A stretch of DNA of 64,000 nucleotides from Trichoplax adhaerens (Eukaryota; Animalia; Placozoa). How positions within the stretch are numbered: the first letter of the stretch is position 1; every line of letters starts with the position of its first letter. Shown in pieces: positions 40,952 to 53,400 of this stretch. Below the pieces are notes generated by a model that searched no databases, was not told where the DNA came from, and was given only the letters and a program-made list of their open reading frames with translations. A program made the position numbers and the translations under genes. The DNA lies in NCBI RefSeq assembly GCF_000150275.1, contig NW_002060956.1:1610280-1674279 (forward strand). Direction: 5' to 3'.

Positions 40952-41470
40952 CTAATTAAAGCTACTCCAAAAATCATAACGATGATTCGCAATCATATCA
41001 AGCACCATGCGAAGCGATGATTCGCAATTATAATTCAACACGGTATGATTGATATTTTCTATGAGTTGTTCATATCTTTTGACAGTGTCTTGAAGATTTG
41101 TTCTTTCATGAGATGACCGACGTCTTCGGTTTCTTGAGTAAGAACGGCTCTTCTTCTTTCTCCGCATTTTGCTAATTAGCATTTTAGCGCTCTTTCTTTC
41201 AGCCTTTGGCATTTTCTGTAGCAATCTATTGCGTACTTTAGTATTTTTATCAGCCAATTGATCGACAGTAAATTCTGTAAGCAAGTATATGCTCGATTTT
41301 AGATAGGCTTCGTCGTCGTCCAAGACTGAACCAGACGGCAAATCGTTCCTTTGAGGATTCGAGGCTTCGACAGTTGGCGAGCTGGGGTCATTTTGAATAG
41401 CACAATCGCTGAAAATCTGGCCTAGTTCCGGGTACCAGTCATCATATTCGCTATTGCTTTTGCTAGCCAT
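40952..41470 (-). CDS. Divergent CNC/Maf-type bZIP-like protein, intronless CDS
   Basis: First ATG at 41470 (MASKSNSEY). EFTVDQLADKNTKVRNRLLQKMPKAERKSAKMLISKMRRKKKSRSYSRNRRRR is followed by heptads LQDTVKRYEQLIENI. Acidic N-terminus. Confidence 0.7.
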   Translation of the reverse strand: MASKSNSEYDDWYPELGQIFSDCAIQNDPSSPTVEASNPQRNDLPSGSVLDDDEAYLKSSIYLLTEFTVDQLADKNTKVRNRLLQKMPKAERKSAKMLISKMRRKKKSRSYSRNRRRRSSHERTNLQDTVKRYEQLIENINHTVLNYNCESSLRMVLDMIANHRYDFWSSFN

Positions 41471-41617
41471 TTTCCAAGACAGAATAACTATATTTCTAGT
41501 TATCCTCGTAAACTTCAAAATTTGGGAGAAGGAATAGAGTCTTACCGCACCCTTTTTCAGTTGACACTTTGGAGATGGCTCTCAACTAATAACTTTTGAA
41601 CGCAAAAGGAACCGGTT

Positions 41618-41900
41618 TTACAGTATAGTACAGTACTTACTGTACAGTACAGTACAGTCTAGAAGTACTGTAAAGTACACTATGTACTGTACTAAAGGTC
41701 ATTTTTTTTCTTGTACAGTACAGTACCGTAGTCATTGACATATTGTACAGTATGTCGCCTACTGTCCAGTCTCTTTGTACACTCATTCTAGGCTGTACCC
41801 TAGGGTTCAGAGTCCTGGATCAGACATGACTGGGATTACTTTCTCTTTACTGTACAGTGTACAGTACACCATTTTACGTACCGCGCGTAGTTGTACAGTA
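41618..41900. promoter_or_regulatory. GTAC/TACAGTA-rich tract upstream of the 40952-41470 gene
   Basis: Many tacagtacagta and tactgtacagtgtacagtac words directly 5' of the gene. Confidence 0.5.
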
Positions 41901-43431
41901 CTTCCCGGATTCTGAATTGAAATTCCGTACAAGTATAGAATATTATTATTAACGATTCATTATAATATTATTGTTATTATATTTTAAAGTCCAATTTTTT
42001 TCTATGCTCGGGGCTGGGTAGAAAGTACCGTACGCTGTCAAGTAACCGATTATATTATAGTAGTTATAATAGCGAAGAGAAGGAAGCTTTGTTTTAATTT
42101 TAATGCAGGTTAGCACTTGGCTTCGTTTTTGCACAGTACAATCGTACGGTAACTGCACTGGCCAATTTTCTTGCATACACGTACACTCTATAGCAAATGA
42201 ATAAGATAATTGTTTACAGAATAAAATAATTCTTGTACAGTACAGCGATACGCCTTGTCGACTTGTGAACATATGTAATTATGAACTATTTTAGGGGGGG
42301 CGGCGTTACCCATGACGTTAATTCACTGCTAATGACCGATTATTTAATTGTGCCATGGATGCTGTATGCGTACATTTAAATAACAATAATGGCACTTTTA
42401 GAAAGTAAGATAGCAAATCTATCAAGCACAATCTTTTACGATATTGCTCATTCACTGCACTTGTAAACGATAATAAATTTACCTTCAATTGATAGGACAA
42501 TCGTGTCGACATATGGAAAATAATATAATGCTCTCACTAGGTTGAATCAACGCTAATTGCATGAAATCCAGATATTATTACAAGACAATTACTCAATTAG
42601 TAAATTAATAAGCAATTGTGATCAATATTTTCCCATCTGTACTCTATCAATGCATGATTCATCTAACTAATGCTAAGGGCTTACATAGAACCGTCAACTT
42701 GTTTAGCTCTTGTAAAATATACCGGGTTAAGATGCACACAGTCAAGTTTACTTAAAGTTCTGTAGCCATCCTTTATTGCAATTAGAAGTAGGTGTGAAAT
42801 AAAGCTACTAAAATAGATTATAGTTTTGATTATCGTGGTCAACATGTTTTGTGGAAGCCAAATTAGATATAAGAATAATTTGATTTAAGTTGCCAACAAT
42901 ATGCATTTATAAGTTATAGTTATGGCAGGGTATAATACGTTGATTGAATTTCATACAGGAATGTAGTAATTATGCGCTCTCCTAAGATGGGAACAAAAAG
43001 TTCTTGTTGTATGATCGCTAGGTCGTAAACATAGAATGTACGTAAGTAGCTTCGCTGCCAGGCCGTTTACTATTGGTGATTCAATTGGACATACCATACA
43101 GTACATGTAACAAAATTCGTTATGATTAATTTGCTGAAGTAGATAGTTTTGTTTGCTATAGTCCATCTACTACTCGTAACCTATTTTAAATATACATCCA
43201 TAGTAAAATCCGTTACACGCGTATTCCGAAACTTTTGTGATGAAAATTGTGTACGATACGGTTAGAGAAGTGGGTTGCCTTACGTAACAGAAACATTTCC
43301 TAAATATCGTGTAGTATATTTATGTACTCACCCTTAGCAGCACGTAAAGTTTTCTGTTAACCAACCCAAAAATTATTTATTTACTTGTTTATTCACTTCT
43401 TGGCAGCCGCAATACACTAATATATCACAGG

Positions 43432-46400
43432 ATGGCTAGGCAAAGATTAATATACCTCGTATTTATTGGAATTACTTATTTGATGGCTTTACCTTTGGCA
43501 AATACGTTGTTGAGAGTAAAAATTGGTAAGATCATAGTTTAATTGTAATTGCACATGATATACGAATTTAAACAGCAATCAGCATATAGAAAGACTTTGC
43601 TAAAATTATTGTAAAACGATTTACAATATATTAGGTGAAATACACTTATTTTGAATCGAAATCATTTAGAGCACAGTGCTTGCTATTATGAATTAGACTC
43701 GTTATCTGGTCTTTAATTTCTTAATGGTCCTGACCGCTTATTTGCTTAAGATACGAATCTGTTTAATCGAAGATAGTGATATTTGTACTATTACGATGAT
43801 TATATTGCAATAGATCATTGAGTAAAAATAGTGTTACCCTTACTTTCAATTGATGGCCAACTGATAGGTTTAATAGTGCCATATGAAGCCGTCGAGATCG
43901 GAGATACTATGAAATCTGCTGAAGATTATATCAATCGCATCTTATTTGCCGATAAAATTAATGTAAGCTATTCAATTGTCTATGCAAATATCTCGGACCC
44001 TGTGGATAATGTTGTGAAAGGTATGCTATTCTAATTAGCACTATAATACGTTAGATTCGTGTGCCAATAACATACTCGATCAATAAATTGGACATTAACC
44101 ATAACTGTACTATAATCTTATACTTATAACTACTAATCGTATCATACCATAATGGATATCCTTGAAATCCATGTAGAAGTTCACGCTTTGAATATAGTTG
44201 TCTGACAGGGTTTATAAACTATATTTCCATATTTAGGGTGTAAAGTAATGCAAGATGGTGTCATAGCAGTAATTGGACCGCTAGCTGATAACATGGTGGA
44301 ACAACTTCAATGGATTTTCTCCTCTGTACACATACCCAATATTGCGCCGTTAGCATCAGACGTGTCCAATTCTAGAAGTTCCAATTTTCAATATCTTATA
44401 CGTTTAGTACCTCCACACAGTGTGATGGTAGAAGCTGTAGCGTCTATTTTCACTAGTTATGGCTGGAATAAAGCTGCTCTACTTGGATCAGACACAAATT
44501 TTGGTAAACATTTATCGACAGTATCCATTACTTTTAATATGTATTTCTCTAGAAAAGCCATATAGTAGAGCTGAGTGATCTTAAATGTAAATGTAGAATT
44601 AACTATGCAAGATGATTAAGAGCTGAAGAAATTGTGATAGTTAACTGTAATTATAATTATCAGTCGCTAAATGTTCAGATTGACTGTAAATTGCTTAGGC
44701 ATCAAATCGTTGACGGAATTTACAATCCTTGCTTTGAAAAACCGTTGGAAAATATTAAATTTTGAGCTATTTAGTATCATGAGCAATACTTCAACAGATG
44801 TTACGTTGGATGATCGGCTAAAAAGAATTAAAACTTCAGGTATTAACTCCAACTTGGGTGTTCAGTCATATCTTATTTTGTGTAGATACTAGAGGATGTA
44901 CGGTGTTACCCAACTATATGTCTCGATGATAGTCTTTCAGACTGGTTCCTTTTAATTCTCAGTTTAGCAAATTAATACATTAATTAAAAAAATAGGAGCA
45001 AGAATTGTAATATTAGCAGCGGATTCTCGACAAGCAATGAATGTTATAAATAAGGCTAACAAATTATCTATGCTTGAAAGTGGATGGGCTTGGATTCTTT
45101 TAGTTGACGTCGCTGATAAGGTAGTGAGTGATATTGTAACGTCCAAATTGTTACAATTTTATGCTCTTAATGATCTTTATAAGATAGTACTTTAACAATG
45201 TTAGTGCCATAGTAAGTATACCTTATAGTGCTTTTTGATTTGCATTCATATTACGGTGTTAATATTAGGATGGTTTCAAGCTAGCTTTCCCTGTATACAG
45301 TGATGGATTATTGGTAGTAACACAGACGGCTGGTAAGGGGCAACTATACGATGATGTCATTGGTCGCTATCCAAATTTACAGGTAGTGTAGGTAACAAGT
45401 TCAGAATGCTGCATTTGTTAAGCAAATCTGCTACAAGTACTTTTTTATTTGTTACCATAAGCATAAGGAACGAAGCATAGTGTCGTATAATTTAAAAAAT
45501 TAAGTACCGAACCATAAAATTTAGAATTAGTACAGCTTTCTTATTTCTATAGCCGATCCTTTTGAAATACTTTGATGCTGCATTAGCTATTGCTTATGCG
45601 GTCAATAACCTACTCGACGATGGAGTAATCATCCAACCTGAAGGGATGAATTGTATAAGAGAATCCGTTGATCCGTGGCAGCATGGCAAAATTCTCTTAA
45701 AACGCATTAATTACGTTTGTATCAAATGCATCGGCTTAAAAATTTTATATAGTTAGATGAAACTTCTGACTAATTTACCTGTTAGTTATGCCATATGAGG
45801 TTTCTCTCAAATATTGATTGATATCTTTCGTTTTATTTCTCAAGGTCTTGAGCGCTGGTAATGAGATCACTTATGATAGCGTGTCTAAATTTCCGTTCGC
45901 AAGTAGTCTATATCCACCAAATGCGGCTTATGAGATATTTAATTTTCACTATCCGAACTGGATAAAGGTGCTAGCTTTGGGCAATATGATGACTACATAA
46001 GAACTCAAAGCATGTCATAATTTAAACTATTTTCCATATAATACATATATTAATGATTACCATCGCTGTAGGTTGGTAAATGGACAAACGTTCAAAGATT
46101 ATTTCTAGACAAGAATAATACACGATTTTTGGGTCAGTCCTCGATTATATCAGATAGCGGATCTGCTATATTTGGAAAACATCTAATCGTGACCACAGTT
46201 ATAGTATGTCATATTATTTTTTTATCAATACCGCTATATGTGCTTGTTCCCTTACTTTACATCGTTGCATATAGGAGGAACCATTTATGATGAAAAACAA
46301 CAAAACAGGAAAACTTTCAGGATTTTTGGTCGAGCTACTTGAACAGTTAAGTTTAGATCTTGGTTTCACTTACACTTTACAATTTCAAGAAGATGGCCAA

Positions 46401-48655
46401 TACGGTATTCCAGAATTGACCTCTGACGGTGTAAAATGGAGTGGAATGGTTGGCTCATTAATGCGGCGGGTAAGCTCATAAGACTAATACTTTCACTAAT
46501 TACAATTAATAATAGATAGATAATTATATTTAAAGAGCAGAAATACTTAATGTAAAGTACTATATATGAACATGTATACAGCAGCAACTAAGAACTGAGC
46601 GAGCAGCTTTGCTACAAAACGTTAATATCACTACGCTTACTTGTAAGAGTATTTTTGATAATCATTATTATGTTGAAATGGTAGGAAGTAGATTTAGCAG
46701 TAGCTCCTTTGTCAATTACCAAGGAACGTGAATTGGTCATTGATTTTACAATGCCGTACTTGGAGAATGGTTATAAAATGTTAATGAAAAGACCTGAGTA
46801 TCATTCTCCGTCAGTCTTTCAATGTTTTGCTCCATTAAGACCGTTGGTTTGGTTGATGATAGCGATCGCGATATTATTAATTTCCGTAACAGTAACTTGC
46901 ATTCATTACTTTGGCCCGAAAGATTACGTCAATGAGCAGTTACATTTATTACCGAATTATCAGTACGGTGGCTTACCTTCTGAACAAGATATTCGAAATT
47001 GGGTCGAGGACAACAAGGCAGACATAAAGGCATTAAATCTTAGTAATAGTGTTTGGTCTACGTTAAGCGCATTTTTACAGCAAGGCACTAATTACAATCC
47101 AAGATCACTACCGTTGCGCTTCATTACTGCAATTTGGTGGTTAGCATGCACAATTATTATATCCACTTATACCGCCAACTTAGCCGCGTTCCTGACGGTT
47201 AATAGACTAGATCCAGGTAAATATATTTAAAACATGCAATTTCATTCATGAATGCGAATTTTTCATCGTTAATAGCCAGCAATGTTGCAACATTGTAAAT
47301 ATAAAAGGCAGTTGATCTTGTATGAGATACGTTGTGATAATAGATGGTTGAAAATAAAGTAATTTACTGACTGCTATAGGTAATATTGCGTAACATTTCG
47401 AGGTTTTAATCGCAGGACCATGGATAACTGATTACAGACTCCTCCAGCAGATTCCATAATTTCAGTTTAAATAAACTCGTCGCTTCTTCGAAAGCAAACC
47501 GTTAAATTTGTATTTCCTTACATAAAGATCTTCTCATTCTTTTTTTTTCAGAAATTACATCTTTACTTCAGCTATCGCAGCAACATAAAATCAAATATGG
47601 TTTACCTGCAGGAGGAAGTATACATAATCACTTTAGAACTTTAAATTATACACCTTATCCAGAGATGAGACCACATTTGAAGTTAGTCAATAATACTAAT
47701 GAAGGAATCAAAGCTGCCAAGAAGGGTGGTTTCGTTTTTCTTTATGATGCTTCTACGTTAAATTATCTTGTTACTCAAGATTGCTCTCTGATAACCACTG
47801 GTCAGGAATTTATCAAGTCGAGCCATGCTCTAGGCTTACCACCAAACTCTCGCTATACCACGGAGATTACATTGGGCATATTAAATCTTCGAGTAAATGG
47901 ATTTATTACAAAAGGGCTTGAACGTTGGTGAGTACGGTGTATATTATGAATTATCAATTCTGGTGAATGTTGTCAGTCTTACATTTAAATTGAGCTCATT
48001 AACAGAGAATTACTTTATTGAAATAGATATTATAGAAACTTCATATTTTTATTTTATTTGCGATGTGTAAGCTGGTTTTAATGTAATTTTTTGTTCAGGT
48101 ACGGATCAAAAAGATGTCAAAATGCTGATCAGTCACCCAAAGCAAATTATCAAACAATTGGAGTTGAACATTTGGCTGGTGTCTTCTTAATAATTCTCTG
48201 TGGAATAGTTATAAGTTGGATAATTTTAGTTATACAATGGTATATCGCTGCATACCGCAATTTCAGAAGTAAATCCAAGGGTAATATGGAACATATGGTA
48301 GGTTGATACGTGACTAAGATGATGTCTATACCGCGAGTAATTTAAATTAATTGGTCCATAAGTTTGGTATTTAATTTAAAAACTAGTACAAAGTCACTTG
48401 CTACACTCTGATATTAATATTGATCTCATAATTAATTTTATAATATATATCGATATTTTAAAATTTGCTTGTACTATCATGTTAGCAAATTACATTACTA
48501 AAACTAATTTTAGGATTTTATATAAATTTTTATAGAAATCGAAGAACATTTTAGAGGCTTCGCGTAGAAGATTTGACCTAATATTACTTATTTTAAGATT
48601 AATGAATGCCTCGGATAGCGTTGTTACCAAAAAGCAAACGGCAGTGGAAGTCTGA
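43432..48655 (+). CDS. Ionotropic glutamate receptor subunit (non-NMDA type; subfamily unresolved), 14 exons, paralog A
   Basis: Exons 43432-43525, 43868-44020, 44237-44503, 44699-44839, 44996-45120, 45269-45382, 45553-45714, 45845-45967, 46072-46203, 46275-46469, 46685-47216, 47552-47927, 48099-48297, 48536-48655. Signal peptide; ATD (GVIAVIGP); S1 (EEPF, DGQYG, WSGMVGSL, APLSITKERELVIDF); M1; pore AFLQQG; M3 STYTANLAAFLT; S2; M4 LAGVFLIILCG. Confidence 0.95.
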
Positions 48656-50496
48656 AGTGATTCAATTTATTTCAATTTTAGTTACAGGGTGACAAGATCA
48701 CTTACTTGTTTACTAGACACAACATTGTTAAGGAATCAGGAAACAGAAACTTCTGATTTTGCATTTGTTGCTATCGTAATTTTAGGATATCGGACGATCT
48801 CTTAAGATACAGAAATTAAGATTTGTGCTCTATTTGTGTAAAGGGTATGATAATTTAGTGTGGCATGTCACATTGTTAATAGATAATTAATAAAATACTT
48901 GACAGAAGAATTAATAATAGAAGCACGTTTAACTTCAGTTACGTAATTGTACATAACTAACTTTTTATAATACAATTAATGTTTGCAATGAAATCTATTA
49001 TCGTAGCGCAGTCCCCAATCAGCTTAAGGTTAAGGTTATAAATTGTACAAAAATAGTGCAAATTAGAATTTGTTAAAGAAACGGTTTTATGCGAGAAAGT
49101 GAAATTTTTACTAGACACTGAATTTTTTTCTATAATGTTTTAAAAACACGTTATCACTTACCCTTCAAGGCACCTTATTTATTGAGTTATAACAGCGTGA
49201 AACTGTTATTCATCAAGTGATTATAATGCTTAATTCAAAATCACGAAAAGATAATATTGGCATTAATTGTCAGGCTTTGTAAGAGTGTCACTGCTATCGT
49301 GAGGCTTAGAATAAAAGTCCAATCGTTTTGGATATCAAACATTTATCTGATAATGTAAAGCGTAATTCCTTTTTAGTTTGATCACCTGAATATCATATTA
49401 GTGATAAATTAAGAATAATGGCTTATACTTTAACCACCGCAGTGAAATACTATGAATAATATCAATGCATGAGTCGTACAAGCTCTTACCTGTACGTTTG
49501 TATCTGAATTAGATGGTATCAGGGCGTAATATTAATAATTATGAAGTGACTAAATCGAGCTTTGATAACCAAGTATTGTTAAATTTCAAGTAGGCTCCGT
49601 TTACGAGATGTTATTACTGTTTTTAGCAGTATGATAGCATTTATGAAGTGACTACCTAAGTTTAATTTGCTTAGTTACCAAAATAGCGATAATTTTCAGA
49701 CGTATAATTATAGTAATATACAGTAAACTTAGATCCTGTCAGTGTCATATTAGATTGACGGCACATTTTTGAAGAATATTTTTTTTATACAAAAGCTGAC
49801 TTAATAATCACTTCCTTTCAATTTTATATAACCTTACAAGCCATTATTGTAGGCTACATAATCCGTCAATATTAATCACTTAGATATAGGAAAGGTTCAG
49901 CGTAACTTACGCAATCCTGCCATTACAAATCATAAAGTTACGCCCCAGTAATATTTCGTTACTATTATCATTTGTGTAATAGAGCAAGTTAAAAGATCAA
50001 AGATAAGAAAAAATGATGATGTACTTCCGCATTTGTATTTACTGTTAAGCCATATTACGTAAGTTTGGGTGTAGACTCCAATACTGGTCTTGAAGCAAGG
50101 GCTTTTGAAGTAAACAATAGGGTACAAAAGTTATAAAGTGCTATTAATTTAATCATCCTACTTGCTAAAGGATAATGGATTTGCAATCGAGCTGATTGGA
50201 GCTAGATAATTACATTACATTAAATCAATACAACGGAAAGCTGGATTTATGAAAGTTGTGTGAACAAATCCTCGCCTTGGCAATTACGTAAGATGCTATT
50301 GTACTAATGGTTGTTTCTCTCTCTTTCTATAAATAGGAAACATTCTTAGTTGATTAGAACTTTCAACTTTGATTTTTCCGTTCAATATAATTTTCGATAG
50401 AATATTGAATTTGGCTAGATCATATTTCATTTGTTTGCAAAAACTTATTGATGATTTTTGACGCTTTATATCGCTTGAAACCTAATCTTTAATAAT

Positions 50497-53400
50497 ATGG
50501 CTTCCAGCTTAACGTTTATCATTATGATTGCTGCTGCTGTATGGACAGCAACTGAAGCAGACTCTAAAATGAAGATAAAAATAGGTGAGCAATTTAAATT
50601 TCTTGATTTGCTATTGTGCGATAAAATTAACATTTTAACATTCTTGTAGTTTCTTTAAAGTTTGTTGCCGCTTTTGGTTCAAGCTTCTACGTTTATGCTA
50701 TATTGAATCTGTTATTAAAGGATGTTATTGCATTGGATATTAAATTTACATTCGATAGCTTTAAATATTACCAATACCAGCTACCTTAGGTGATATAAAG
50801 AAGATTTTCAAGGAATATAAATTCAAAAATTGTTGAAACGTGTATTGCAGGGAATATGTATTGTAGACTACAATTTGTAGTCCATATTCGCATGCCATCG
50901 TCATTTTATAGTATTTACATTGATCGGAAGACAAACTTGTTTTTATAACTTCCATATTTTAAACTTTCTAGCTAGTAGTTGCGGAGTCTTTACTGTATGT
51001 AATAATTGTGATACATAACAAATTGCCTAAAATTACACTATATAATCAATACTTCCTGTATTGACCAACTTGTAGGAATATTTAAATGTTAAATTTTTAT
51101 ACAGGTGTGATACTGTCGAAAGAAATTAGCAGAGTTGAGAATGCTTTGAAGACAGCGGAACATTACATTAATAGTCATAAACTGCCAATCGAAACTCAAG
51201 TCAGTTTAAACATTGTCTATGCAAATTTCAGTGATCCTTTCGACAATATGAAGAAAGGTAGCTTTATAAATTTTAGAGACGCAATGCTTATAAATAATTA
51301 ATTACTGATTGATTGCTTTGGATATTACAGAATTGGGGTCATAAATTATTTTTTATTTATTAATTACATTAATTTAATAATCTTTTGTAAGATCATATAT
51401 CATAATTGCGTTCACTTGTAGCAATGACAATTTTAATAACTAGGATGCAAATTAGTGGAGGATGGCGTCGTTGCAGTTGTCGGACCATTACATTATCATG
51501 CCGTTAGATCACTTCAATGGATTTACTCCGCGTTACAAATACCTCATTTGGCGCCGTTAGCATCGGATGTGTCCGTGGTTAGAAATCCGAAATTAGACTT
51601 TCTCAGACGTTTGATACCATCAAATGACAAGATGTCGAAGGCTGTATCATCTATCTTTAATCACTACGGCTGGAAAAATGCGGCTTTGCTAGGATCTAAA
51701 ACAGACTTCGGTAAGATTTCGTTAAAGTCCTTCAAACATCAAAGATATCACATAAATAATTCCTGTCTTGTGTGCCACTGAATATTATTGTGTGAAAACA
51801 TAGCAATAAATGACTTGTCGTATTGTTGATCAATAATGCCTTCATTTGTATAGGGGTTAACACATTGACAGAATTTACACTCTCTGCTTTGAAAAATCGC
51901 TGGAAAATATCAAATTTTGAACTGTTTCAAATCAGGCATGATTCAACTATAATGAACTTGGAAGCTCACTTATTGAGGATTAAGACTTCAGGTAATTCGT
52001 ATTATCTATGGTATCTTATTTACCGTTGATTGATTTATATTTTGTCTCTTTATCCATTATCACATTGCGTTTTTGATTTCTTACTGTTATTCTCATCTAC
52101 AGTACTACATGGATTATCTTTTCAATTCTATTTTTCATTCTTCTATTGCACTCGTGATTAGGGCCAGAAATTGATGCTAATGATTTCGATTTGTTTGTAA
52201 ATAATTTAATGCAGGCTCCAGAATAATCGTGTTAGCCACCGATATTAAACTTGGTGCAACTGTTTTAGAGAAAGCTAACAAACTGTCGATGCTTGAAAAG
52301 GGCTGGGCATGGATTGTGCTCACTGATCTTAATGACAAGGTGATTTCATTGATGAAATAAACATACTGTAATTAGATTTTGCACTTGTTAGGTGGTTACC
52401 CTTTTCAGCGTATGTTCACTTGCTCTGTATCGCGTATTACAGTATAACATAATCTTGTAATAAAATCGATCAAGCTAATTTTCATGGCAATATCAATGAG
52501 TTTTAATCTATCACCGCCCATAGAACGATTTATCTACTGTATCGCCTCAATATACCGATGGATTACTAGCTGTAGGAATAGCTGCCACTAAGGGCCGACT
52601 ATTTGATGAGTTAACGGAATTATATCCAGATCTTCAGGTATACATCATATACGATTTTAATACCTTGCATACGAGATGAGCCATATATTAGGCCAAAATG
52701 ATGGATAGTAGGCTGCTAAGGAAGTTTAAATTTCCTATTTCATCTTTCCGTTATCAATATATAGCCGATTTATCTAAAATACTTTGATGCTGTGGTGGCA
52801 GTTGCGTCTGCCGTAGATTACTTAAGGAAGGATGGAATCATTATTCAATCTGAAAGTATGTCTTGCATACATGAATTTTCAAAAGCATGGCAATATGGGA
52901 AGCTTCTTTTACAACGGATTGATCAAGTTTGTACAGCATAGATTTATAATGCATAAGCATAATTCATCATAGTAATAATTGCAATAGACGTCATAAGTAT
53001 AAGTTGAGAAAATATCATTGGTATGTCTTGAAATCATGTTATATCATTCATAATTATTTTAAGATAATTGACCCTGTTACAAGTACCCACGGGAATAAGA
53101 CGCTCTCCCCTTTTTCAACAATTATGGGTCAGTCATCTGAGAAATATGAAATATTTAATTGTCATGGCGCCGACTGGATACAGGTACTATGCTGATTTCT
53201 TGAACTAATTGATGCAGTAATTGAATAGTTACAGAATATGGGCGTAATTTACATCAAACCATTGCAGCTCTATGACTAGCAACATTATTTACTATATGTA
53301 GGTTGGCACTTGGTCGAATAATACTTTTGAGTGGAATGCTACTCTAACCTACTTTCCTGGCCGACCTCTGGTTGTACCTGATACCGGTTCGGCTTTATTG

